Below, one piece after another: positions 1 through 8,261 of a stretch of 64,000 nt of DNA. Within the stretch, counting starts at the first letter, position 1. Each line of letters begins with the position of its first letter. A program made the position numbers and the translations under genes. The notes beneath the pieces were generated by a model. It searched no databases, was not told where the DNA came from, and saw only the letters and a list, made by a program, of their open reading frames with translations. The stretch is from Minisyncoccia bacterium (GTDB taxonomy: Bacteria; Patescibacteriota; Minisyncoccia; SW-4-49-11): positions 24,602 through 88,601 of the forward strand of contig JBIKWJ010000002.1 of assembly GCA_044356325.1 (NCBI GenBank), in the 5' to 3' direction.

Positions 1-342
1 ACTCTACACATCTATATTGAAAGCCTGCTCAAATTATATGCCCCTATTTTGCCATTTATTACTGAAGAATTATATCAGGGATTATATTCTGATACCCAAT
101 ATAAGAGTATACATAATTCAGTTTGGCCACAATCACAGCCTGAATTTAATCTCAGCGATACTGAGCAAGCTCTGATGACAGATATACTATCCATAGTAGA
201 AGCTGTGAGAGCCTATAAGTCACAGAACAGCATATCTCTCGGTAAAGAAATCGAAAGCTTTACATACACCTCTACTCAGGATTTAAGCCCTTATGAAATA
301 TTCCTCACAAAAGCCCTCCGAGTCGGTAAATTGGTAAAATAA
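1..342 (+). CDS. valS: Valine--tRNA ligase, C-terminal part (truncated at window start)
   Basis: Frame open from base 1; LLKLYAPILPFITEELY...SIHNSVWP is the class Ia anticodon-binding signature; short tail VRAYKSQNSISLGKEI resembles archaeal-type ValRS. Confidence 0.75.
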   Translation, partial: TLHIYIESLLKLYAPILPFITEELYQGLYSDTQYKSIHNSVWPQSQPEFNLSDTEQALMTDILSIVEAVRAYKSQNSISLGKEIESFTYTSTQDLSPYEIFLTKALRVGKLVK

Positions 343-405
343 TATTTAGGAGCTTTTGAAATTCCCCCCTCCTCAAAAAGCAAATTGTATTATATAATCA
401 ATGTA

Positions 406-3400
406 ATGACAATACAGCAGTATATAGACAATCTCAATCAAAGATACAAGCTAGGCAATGCCACCGAGCATACTTTCCGTGGAGATTTACAACAATTATT
501 AGAAAGCCTAGTGCCCGACATCCGAGCTACCAATGAGCCTAAAAGACAAAGTTGTGGTGCCCCAGATTATATACTCACCAAAAGAGATATCCCCGTTGGA
601 TTTATCGAAGCTAAAGATATCGGTGATAAAGACCTAGATGGCCTCAAAAAAACAGGTAACAAAGAACAATTTGACCGCTACAAAGACTCCCTAGACAATC
701 TCATATTCACCGATTATATCAATTTTCACCTTTACCGAGACGGTGAACTCATCACCAAAATCAGCATAGCCCAGATAACCGAAAAAGGTCTACAGCCCAT
801 ACCCGAGAATTTCTCCATATTTAGCAATCTCATCCGAGAATTCAGCACTCATATTGGACAGAATATCAAAAGTAGCAAAAAACTCGCCGAGATGATGGCA
901 GGTAAAGCAAGACTACTCTCCGATATAATCGCCAAAGCCCTCCTAAGCGATGAAGACAATCAAGAAAATAGTACCCTCAGAGAGCAAATGCTCGCTTTCA
1001 AAAAAATCCTAATCCACGATATCACCCCGCAAGGTTTTGCTGATGTCTATGCTCAGACCATAGCCTATGGGATGTTCGCTGCTAGACTGCACGATTCTAC
1101 CCTACCCACCTTTGGGAGACAAGAAGCCGCCGAACTCATACCCAAAACCAATCCTTTTTTACGAAAATTATTCGGATATATAGCTGGACCAGATATAGAT
1201 GACAGAATCAAATGGGTAGTAGATAGCCTAGCCGACATCTTCCAAGTCGCCAATGTAGACGAAATCCTACATAATTATGGAAAATCCACCAAAATGGAAG
1301 ACCCAATCATTCATTTTTATGAAAATTTCCTCAGCGAATATGACCCCAAACTCCGAAAAGCCCGAGGAGTCTGGTATACCCCACAGCCTGTGGTGAATTT
1401 TATAGTCCGAGCCGTAGACGATATACTCAAAACCGAATTTAATCTCACCCAAGGACTAGCCGACACCAGTAAAACCAATATAAATCTAAAAACTCAAACC
1501 ACCGACAATCGCACCGCCACTGGCTACAAAAGCATATCCAAAGAAGTTCACAAAGTCCAAATTCTAGACCCCGCCACCGGTACAGGAACTTTTCTTGCTG
1601 AAATAATCCGCCAAATCAATGCCAAATTCCAAGGACAGCAAGGTCTCTGGAGCGACTATGTAGATAATCATCTCCTACCCCGAGTCAATGGCTTTGAATT
1701 GCTAATGGCAAGCTATGCTATGGCACACTTAAAATTAGATTTATTATTAAGAGATACCGGCTACAAATCCAATACAGGACAGAGATTTCGAGTTTATCTT
1801 ACCAATAGCCTTGAGGAAAGCCATCCCGACACTGGCACCTTCTTTGCTAGCTGGCTCAGCACCGAAGCCAATGAAGCCAATCATATCAAAAGAGACACCC
1901 CCGTAATGTGTATAATCGGCAATCCACCGTATAGTGTTAGTAGTAATAACAAAGGAAGTTGGATTCAAAATCTAATTATGGATTATAAAAAAGATCTAGA
2001 CGAAAAAAACATTCAGCCATTATCAGATGATTACATAAAATTCATTCGTTATGGACAGTATTATATAGACAAAAACGGTAGTGGTATACTAGCATATATA
2101 TCTAATAATAGCTTTGTTGACGGAATTATTCATAAATCAATGCGAAAAAATCTATTAGAGAGTTTTGATAAAATTTATATTTTAGACTTACACGGTAATA
2201 GCAAGAAAAAAGAAATATCCCCCGACGGTAGCCCCGATGTCAATGTCTTTGATATTCAACAAGGAGTCTCAATAAATTTCTTCATCAAAACAGGAGCCAA
2301 AAAGCCTAATGACTTAGGTAAAATCTATCATTATGACCTATATGGTAAAAGAGAATCTAAATATAATTTCCTCCAAGACAATAATCTTGCCAATATAGAA
2401 TTCCAAGAATTACAACCAAAAGAACCAAATTATTTCTTTGTAAGTAAAGATTTTGAAGGAGAATCTATTTATAAAAAATATATTGATTTAAGAACTTTGT
2501 TTATTAAAAATTCTATTGGAATTGTAACTGGAAAAGATGATGAATTAGTAAGTTTTGATAAAAATATTATTCAAGATAAATTTCAAAGTTATAATAAATT
2601 TTATTATAGACCTTTTGATATTAGGTATACAATTTTTGATAATAATATTTTACAAAGGGCAAGATACAATGTTATGCAGCACTATAATTGGGGTGAAAAT
2701 TTAGGTTTAAATATAAGTAGACAATCTAAATCAAAAGGAATTGAATGTTTAATTTCAAAAAACATTACCTGCAAACATTTAATTACTGGTGAAACTTATA
2801 ATTTCCCACTTTATCTCTATCCAGAAGATCAGAATTCTGAATTTTTACAAGACAAAGCACACACTTCGACAAGCTCAGTGCAAGGTCGAACTCCAAATCT
2901 AAATACAGAAATTATAAAGCAAATTGCAGATAATTTAAGTTTGAATTTTACTAAAGAAAAAGAAACAACCAAAGACACCTTTGCCCCGATAGATATATTA
3001 GATTATATTTATGCAGTGCTACATTCCCCTACTTATAGAGATAAGTATAAAGAGTTTTTGAAAATTGACTTCCCTCGAGTACCATATCCTCAAGATATAG
3101 CTAAATTCTGGCAATTAGTCGCTCTCGGCTCTCAACTTAGAGCCCTACATCTCCTAGAAAGCCCAATTCTAGAGACATATATCACCCAATACCCAATCGA
3201 CGGTGACAATACCATCACCAATATCCAAGTAGAACCCTGTCCTCCTTCGCCTGCCTGCGGCAGGCAGGGAGGGGGAAGCCTGAAAGGCGGAGGTGGATTG
3301 AGCTTAGACTCTCAAACTCAACCTGAAACCTATCCACCCTCCCCCGTCGCAAATGAGATTTACTCCTGTGAAACCTCACGGTTTCCCAACCTTCCTCCAC

Positions 3401-3816
3401 GGGAAAACTACCGTTTTCCCGACCCCTTTCCCAGACCTTCGGTCTATATCGGGGACTCCCTCCAAAGGGAGACAGAAAACTCAAACAAACTGTCCTCCCT
3501 TGGGGGAGATGCCCGCAGGGCGGAGGAGAACTGCCCTAAAAATTCCCCTCTTGAGGGGTGGCAGGCTTCGCCTGACGGGGTGAATAAAGACACACTCAGA
3601 ATTTACATCAACCCCACCCAATACTTTGACAAAGTCCCTAAAGTCGCTTGGGAATTCTATATCGGAGGCTATCAACCAGCTCAAAAATGGCTCAAAGATA
3701 GAAAAAACAGACAACTCAACTTTGAGGATATATTACATTATCAAAAAATTATAATCGCCCTCACCAATACCCATCATCTAATGCAACAAATCAACCACAT
3801 AAATATCGAGGAGTAA
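406..3816 (+). CDS. Fused restriction endonuclease / N6-adenine DNA methyltransferase (type IIG-like, with type ISP-like C-terminal specificity region)
   Basis: N-terminal PD...IEAK nuclease motif; MTase motif I ILDPATGTGTF and motif IV IIGNPPY; C-terminal YIYAVLHSPTYR...DFPRVP and FYIGGYQPAQKWLKDRK; ATG at 406 preferred over TTG at 385. Confidence 0.85.
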   Translation: MTIQQYIDNLNQRYKLGNATEHTFRGDLQQLLESLVPDIRATNEPKRQSCGAPDYILTKRDIPVGFIEAKDIGDKDLDGLKKTGNKEQFDRYKDSLDNLIFTDYINFHLYRDGELITKISIAQITEKGLQPIPENFSIFSNLIREFSTHIGQNIKSSKKLAEMMAGKARLLSDIIAKALLSDEDNQENSTLREQMLAFKKILIHDITPQGFADVYAQTIAYGMFAARLHDSTLPTFGRQEAAELIPKTNPFLRKLFGYIAGPDIDDRIKWVVDSLADIFQVANVDEILHNYGKSTKMEDPIIHFYENFLSEYDPKLRKARGVWYTPQPVVNFIVRAVDDILKTEFNLTQGLADTSKTNINLKTQTTDNRTATGYKSISKEVHKVQILDPATGTGTFLAEIIRQINAKFQGQQGLWSDYVDNHLLPRVNGFELLMASYAMAHLKLDLLLRDTGYKSNTGQRFRVYLTNSLEESHPDTGTFFASWLSTEANEANHIKRDTPVMCIIGNPPYSVSSNNKGSWIQNLIMDYKKDLDEKNIQPLSDDYIKFIRYGQYYIDKNGSGILAYISNNSFVDGIIHKSMRKNLLESFDKIYILDLHGNSKKKEISPDGSPDVNVFDIQQGVSINFFIKTGAKKPNDLGKIYHYDLYGKRESKYNFLQDNNLANIEFQELQPKEPNYFFVSKDFEGESIYKKYIDLRTLFIKNSIGIVTGKDDELVSFDKNIIQDKFQSYNKFYYRPFDIRYTIFDNNILQRARYNVMQHYNWGENLGLNISRQSKSKGIECLISKNITCKHLITGETYNFPLYLYPEDQNSEFLQDKAHTSTSSVQGRTPNLNTEIIKQIADNLSLNFTKEKETTKDTFAPIDILDYIYAVLHSPTYRDKYKEFLKIDFPRVPYPQDIAKFWQLVALGSQLRALHLLESPILETYITQYPIDGDNTITNIQVEPCPPSPACGRQGGGSLKGGGGLSLDSQTQPETYPPSPVANEIYSCETSRFPNLPPRENYRFPDPFPRPSVYIGDSLQRETENSNKLSSLGGDARRAEENCPKNSPLEGWQASPDGVNKDTLRIYINPTQYFDKVPKVAWEFYIGGYQPAQKWLKDRKNRQLNFEDILHYQKIIIALTNTHHLMQQINHINIEE
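2861..2884 (+). repeat. Short REP-like element (ACTTCGACAAGCTCAGTG) translated in frame as HTSTSSVQ within the RM gene
   Basis: Resembles the widespread CTTCGACAAGCTCAG palindromic repeat (from recall); GC-richer than its flanks. Confidence 0.5.
3235..3582 (+). repeat. Composite palindromic repeat cluster inserted in frame in the RM gene
   Basis: Built from modules seen intergenically elsewhere (TGTCCTCC..GGAGGTGGAT; AATTCCCCTCTTGAGGGGTGG..GACGGGGTG); 3238-3478 is nearly identical to 4317-4557. Confidence 0.9.
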
Positions 3817-3829
3817 TAATCCCCCTTAA

Positions 3830-3866
3830 AAAGAAAATCTCCTCCCAATCAAGCGACGGGAGGAGA
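3830..3866 (-). terminator. Intrinsic terminator of the minus-strand orphan
   Basis: TCTCCTCCC/GGGAGGAGA stem with an A-tract on its left. Confidence 0.6.
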
Positions 3867-3890
3867 AAAAATTGAACTGAAGGAAAGCTA

Positions 3891-4190
3891 CTAGAAAGGA
3901 GTCGGTCTAGATATAAGGAACTTGGTATTTCTTGTATCTTGGGCTGTTGGGGTATTCTGAGCAAGTATTGAACAGGCTTGCTCGAGTACAGGGTACTGAA
4001 CGAACAAGTTGTTTAGCATTTGAACGCTTTGATCCCCCATGGCACTCACGTGCCTAAAAATGTTGATGACTTGATCATATAAATTCTTACCATCGTTAAC
4101 TGAGTTAGATATAATGTAACTCTCGTAAGACCTAGATATTGCGAGAACTAAATTAATGATTTCCATCTCAAACACCAATGCGAAGAACAT
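3891..4190 (-). CDS. Hypothetical protein (orphan; start uncertain)
   Basis: ORF between a TTGCAT-17-TATAAA promoter and an intrinsic terminator. Confidence 0.55.
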   Translation of the reverse strand: MFFALVFEMEIINLVLAISRSYESYIISNSVNDGKNLYDQVINIFRHVSAMGDQSVQMLNNLFVQYPVLEQACSILAQNTPTAQDTRNTKFLISRPTPF

Positions 4191-4236
4191 TATTTTTATA
4201 TCATATACTATTGTATTATGCAAGTAGATAATTCCT

Positions 4237-4667
4237 GTGGGGGCGACCTTTCAGTCGCCTGTGTTTCCACCCCGTCCAGCAAAGCTGTCCACCCCTCAAG
4301 AGGGGAATAGTTACTTTGTCCTCCTTCGCCTGCCTGCGGTAGGCAGGGAGGGGGAAGCCTGCAAGGCGGAGGTGGATTGAGCTTAGACTCTCAAGCTCAA
4401 CCTGAAACCTATCCACCCTCCCCCGTCGCAAATGAGATTTACTCCTGTGAAACCTCACGGTTTCCCAACCTTCCTCCACGGGAAAACTACCGTTTTCCCG
4501 ACCCCTTTCCCAGACCTTCGGTCTATATCGGGGACTCCCTCCAAAGGGAGACAGAAAGACAATCCTATTCTGTCAGCAGTAAGGAGACAAAAAGCCCAAA
4601 AAATCTGTCCTCCTTCGGAGGAGGTGGTACCTCCTATACCTTTGTTTAGGAGGTACCGGAGGTGGAT
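4237..4667. repeat. Intergenic composite REP-like cluster
   Basis: GGGGCGACCTTTCAGTCGCC unit, inverted CCCCTCAAGAGGGG unit, 241-bp copy of 3238-3478, and a TGTCCTCCTTCGGAGGAGG unit. Confidence 0.9.
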
Positions 4668-4686
4668 ATAAAATGATAGAAAAATG

Positions 4687-4715
4687 AAAAAGTACCGTCT
4701 CTGTGAAACGGCACT
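4687..4715 (-). terminator. Intrinsic terminator downstream of the tRNA-like pair
   Basis: AGTGCCGTTT/AGACGGTACT stem followed by a T-tract on the minus strand. Confidence 0.6.
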
Positions 4716-4731
4716 ATGTTTTTGAGACAAA

Positions 4732-4802
4732 TCGGGATGGATGGATTCGAACCACCGGCCCCTTGCCAAAGCAAGTGCGCTACCAAGCTGCGCTACATCC
4801 CG
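4732..4802 (-). tRNA. tRNA-Pro-like gene with a 4-nt anticodon loop (probable pseudo/atypical tRNA)
   Basis: CGGGATG acceptor, GCGC D-stem and GGTGG-TTCGAAT-CCATC T-arm intact; anticodon arm CTTGC-TTTG-GCAAG is 3 nt short; no encoded CCA. Confidence 0.8.
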
Positions 4803-4808
4803 ATAAAA

Positions 4809-4880
4809 CGCGAAGAGTCGGATTTGAACCCACGACCTTCCACTTAAGTAGTGGATGCTCTACCGCTGAGCTATCTTCGC
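4809..4880 (-). tRNA. tRNA-Lys(CTT)-like gene, atypical (A at position 33, G-G mismatch in T-stem)
   Basis: Cloverleaf GCGAAGA / GCTC-GAGC / TCCAC-TACTTAA-GTGGA / GTGGG-TTCAAAT-CCGAC. Confidence 0.75.
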
Positions 4881-4894
4881 ATAAACCGTATATG

Positions 4895-4922
4895 ATTATA
4901 CGTACTTTATAGAATTTGTCAA
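4895..4922 (-). promoter_or_regulatory. Sigma70 promoter of the tRNA-like pair
   Basis: TTGACA-16 nt-TATAAT on the minus strand, 14 nt upstream of the first tRNA. Confidence 0.8.
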
Positions 4923-5041
4923 GAGCTGGGAGAATAATTTCAAGCATAATATATAGCAAATTATGAGTTTTATACTTCGTGAAAAGAAAAATCCCCAATC
5001 GTATTGGGGATTATGAGACTTATAAAACTTTAATTATTCCT

Positions 5042-5404
5042 TCACCTCTCCAAATATTGGTGCACGTGTAATGGTATAATTATGCCATAAAAAGCTGGGC
5101 CACCGTCTATAGTGGCAAGACTTCCTCCAACTAAATTAAAGTGATGTCTTTGTATAATGGATAACAACTCTTTTAACTCCACCCCCAAAAATTCTCTCTG
5201 AGATAATAATTGGTCATGTATTGCCAGCCACTCATCAGTACTTAGATGAACCAGCTCTGGATTGGAGTTAAAAAGCCCCAAGATCCAAGAAATTATAACC
5301 TTAATCATGAGATCTTCTTGCGAATTGCTCAATATATATATCATATAATCTATTATTTGTGAATAGGGAGCAATAGTATCTGCTGAGATAAAATATCTTG
5401 TCAT
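5042..5404 (-). CDS. Hypothetical protein
   Basis: Likely starts at MTRYFISAD because the longer ORF runs through the upstream gene's terminator; own terminator near 4988-5012. Confidence 0.5.
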   Translation of the reverse strand: MTRYFISADTIAPYSQIIDYMIYILSNSQEDLMIKVIISWILGLFNSNPELVHLSTDEWLAIHDQLLSQREFLGVELKELLSIIQRHHFNLVGGSLATIDGGPAFYGIIIPLHVHQYLER

Positions 5405-5483
5405 CTCTTTTTGACTGCTATATATAATATTTATAAAAAAATACCCCTGCCGAAACAGGGGGTGATGTGAATCAAGTAGGGGT

Positions 5484-5876
5484 TTACCCAACATCATCTT
5501 GAAATCTCTCAGGAAGAAGCATCCGTGGACCTCCTGCTTGTACTTGGCTCAATTCCCCCTCACTGAGGGGTTGTAAGTAGAGCAAATCGCATATCAGCGC
5601 GAATTGTTGCTTGGTAATTCTGACAGGGTACGGAAGTCCTTCTTCACCCATCTCACGGGAGATCTGAGCCTCATTCTCGAGCTCTACCTTAACAAGGAGG
5701 AGAGCTTCAAGGGCGTCAAAGATATTTCGACAATGTCTCAATTTTTCAAGATCAAGATGTATAGGCCAACACACCGCGAGTTCCTCCTGAAGCAGAGGAA
5801 TGGCCCGAAGCCACTCCTCAGGCCTCAGGCAATAAGGTGAGGTGAACATTTTTCTGATAGCTGAGAAAAGTCCCAT
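5484..5876 (-). CDS. Hypothetical protein (orphan, higher GC)
   Basis: 130-aa ORF with TTGACA upstream (5928-5933) and terminator at 5436-5463. Confidence 0.6.
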   Translation of the reverse strand: MGLFSAIRKMFTSPYCLRPEEWLRAIPLLQEELAVCWPIHLDLEKLRHCRNIFDALEALLLVKVELENEAQISREMGEEGLPYPVRITKQQFALICDLLYLQPLSEGELSQVQAGGPRMLLPERFQDDVG

Positions 5877-5921
5877 AATAGAAGAATTGCAAATGTGCCT
5901 CCTATATATAGCACATAATTA

Positions 5922-6686
5922 CTATTTTGTCAATATTAACTGACTCCTTATACACCCCAAATATACTATACCCCCTATTATCAGATACCAATATCCTAAC
6001 CACCCAGCTATACCGGTCCAGAATATCAGACTCCATATACCAGATAAGCTAAGCCAATAGGTAATATTTTTATCCAGACTTTTACGTTTTGGGAATAATA
6101 AATAAAATCCCCAAAAAGCTAATAAACTTGTCACCATCCATCCAAAGAAATTCATCAAAGGCACATTATAATACCATCCATCAATTTCCCAAATCCAAAA
6201 TCCTAAAGCAGTAGCCCCTGGATCAAGTATCAAATCAAAGGCTGTCATCAATACTGCTCCTAATATACTTTTTACCCATATTCCCTTTAGTCCCAATCTC
6301 TCTACCAATACCAAACTCAAGAAAAAAATTGGTGTCCAAGACAAACTCACTGTCCAAGGCACTAATCCAAAGAATTTAATATTCCCGAGAAACTCACCAT
6401 ATACAAAATTGCTATATGGCCAGCCCGTTATAATAGAGAATGATTCTATCAAGATTGGATATGAGAATATAATCAGAATTTTCCACCAAGATTTCCTCCA
6501 ATCCAGCCAAAGCCATAATCCATATATCAGAGGTATAGCGAGTAATACATTGGTAAGCTGTGAAATCGCTTGGAATATCACAAAATCAAAAGGTAAAGCC
6601 TCGGGATTAATACTAAAATACACGACAAAAAACCCGCTCAAAACCAAAATAATAGATGGTACAATTACTAATAATCTCTTTTGCAT
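5922..6686 (-). CDS. cruF: Carotenoid biosynthesis membrane protein, CruF-like hydratase
   Basis: E..SIITGWPYSNFVYGE..G...FGLVPW and DLILDPGATALGFWIW...YYNVPLMNFFGW motifs; carotenoid gene context. Confidence 0.75.
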   Translation of the reverse strand: MQKRLLVIVPSIILVLSGFFVVYFSINPEALPFDFVIFQAISQLTNVLLAIPLIYGLWLWLDWRKSWWKILIIFSYPILIESFSIITGWPYSNFVYGEFLGNIKFFGLVPWTVSLSWTPIFFLSLVLVERLGLKGIWVKSILGAVLMTAFDLILDPGATALGFWIWEIDGWYYNVPLMNFFGWMVTSLLAFWGFYLLFPKRKSLDKNITYWLSLSGIWSLIFWTGIAGWLGYWYLIIGGIVYLGCIRSQLILTK

Positions 6687-6720
6687 ATGATATACTATAT
6701 ACTATATTACATTATATCAT

Positions 6721-7560
6721 ATGAGTATTGCTAAATTATTTCGTATTTCCCGCCCCCGCTTTTGGATATATCTCCTCGGCCCCTATCTTATTGGGAGTAT
6801 ACTTGCTTTTGAGCCTACTCAACTTATATTACAATGGCAATTTTGGCTTGGATTTGTATATTTTACTTTTCCTGCCAATCTCCTTATATATGGAGTAAAT
6901 GATATTTTTGATTATGAAACTGACAAATTAAACCCCAAAAAAATAGAATATGAAACTCTCGTCACCCCAAAAGAGCGAATAAGACTTTGGCTTTTTATTC
7001 TCGCTACTAATACCCCATTTATATTCGCCCTATATCTCATAAACTCCCTCACTAGTATGGGAATATTAGGCTTTTTATTCCTTGGCATACAATATTCTAG
7101 TATCCCTATTCGCGCCAAGTCTCGACCATTCCTAGACTCCCTATTCAATATATTATATATATTCCCGGGCATTATTGGATATAGTTTATTTAGTCTATCC
7201 CTCAATTTGGATTATAGGCTTCTCATCAGTGCTGGACTATGGACAATGGCTATGCACACCTATTCCGCCATACCAGATATTGAGGCTGACAGGGCGAGTC
7301 AAACCCCTACTATTGCGACAGTACTGGGCTCAAAATTAACCCTCATTTATTGTTTTATTTGTTATACTTTGGCTGGGATTTTGTTAGCACAATTTAACCT
7401 TATACTCGGAATTGGAATAGCTATTATATATGGCTTTATGATAGGACTTAGCTATAATCAGAATTCCGCTCGAATATTCAAATTATATACCTATTTCCCC
7501 CTGCTTAATGGCATTATTGGATTTATTTTATTTTGGAGTATTGTGATTTGGTATAGGTAA
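6721..7560 (+). CDS. UbiA-family prenyltransferase, lycopene elongase (LyeJ/CrtEb)-like
   Basis: SRPRFWIY, YGVNDIFDYETDKLNPKK, YS..PIRAK.RPFLDS and SAIPDIEAD motifs. Confidence 0.8.
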   Translation: MSIAKLFRISRPRFWIYLLGPYLIGSILAFEPTQLILQWQFWLGFVYFTFPANLLIYGVNDIFDYETDKLNPKKIEYETLVTPKERIRLWLFILATNTPFIFALYLINSLTSMGILGFLFLGIQYSSIPIRAKSRPFLDSLFNILYIFPGIIGYSLFSLSLNLDYRLLISAGLWTMAMHTYSAIPDIEADRASQTPTIATVLGSKLTLIYCFICYTLAGILLAQFNLILGIGIAIIYGFMIGLSYNQNSARIFKLYTYFPLLNGIIGFILFWSIVIWYR

Positions 7561-7575
7561 AGTTTTTACAACCTC

Positions 7576-7604
7576 TTGACAAATTTTGAGAAATGTGGTA
7601 TATA
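7576..7604 (+). promoter_or_regulatory. Sigma70 promoter
   Basis: TTGACA-17-TATATA with extended TG. Confidence 0.6.
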
Positions 7605-7609
7605 TAATA

Positions 7610-7738
7610 AGTATTGAGTTTAAAGAAAGATTAACCACCTTGGAACATTACCTTAATGTTCATCTGGTCTTCCTAAACCAATACACCTTATAAAGTTCCC
7701 CCCGCATACTCCCCGGTTAAGGCCGGGGTCTTTTTTTT
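7610..7738 (+). ncRNA. Candidate small RNA (rod hairpin, C-rich linker, terminator)
   Basis: Promoter upstream, no sizeable ORF, GTATTG/CAATAC, GTTTA/TAAAC and GAACATT/AATGTTC pairing, CCCCGG/CCGGGG terminator with T-tract. Confidence 0.45.
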
Positions 7739-7774
7739 GCCAAATTATTATATTATAAATCTATCGAGGGCTTT

Positions 7775-8250
7775 TGTCCCCGCTATACATTGTTTAGGAG
7801 GGGGCCGATCTTTGTTCTAAAAATTCCCCTCAAGAGGGGTGGATTCCTGCTATGTTTACATAACAGGGAGACGGGGTGGAGTGTTTGAGAGCTATTTATT
7901 AATGATTTATTCCACCCCGTCAGGCAAGCCTGCCACCCCTCAAGAGGGGAATTTAGCTCAATCCACCTCCGACCTAAAGGTCACCCACCTCCTAAATAAA
8001 TATAGGAGGGACTTAAAGCTCCTCCAAAGGAGGACAGAATAACTGTCCCTCGCTGGCGAGGGTGGCACGGAGTGCCGGGTGTGGACAAAATTTATAATTC
8101 ATAATTTCAAATTATTCCACCCCGTCAGGCAAATAGTAATCCACCCTCCCCCTACGGGTACTCCCTCCAAAGGGAGACAAATAGAGAGAGGGTTAATTTG
8201 TCTTAAAATTCCCCTCTTGAGGGGTGGCAGGCTTTGCCTGACGGGGTGGA
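7775..8250. repeat. Composite REP-like cluster with inverted doublets
   Basis: Several CCCCTC(AA/TT)GAGGGGTGG..GACGGGGTGGA units in both orientations, plus TGTCCCTCGCTGGCGAGGG and CCTCCAAAGG units. Confidence 0.9.
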
Positions 8251-8261
8251 TTGAATACTCT

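Noticed and set aside
3235-3585. Intein in the RM protein (insert starts near a Cys and ends near an Asn)
   Set aside because: No intein block motifs, the residue after Asn is Lys, and the DNA consists of intergenic repeat modules
4703-4912. 69-aa plus-strand ORF
   Set aside because: It is the antisense reading of the two tRNA-like genes
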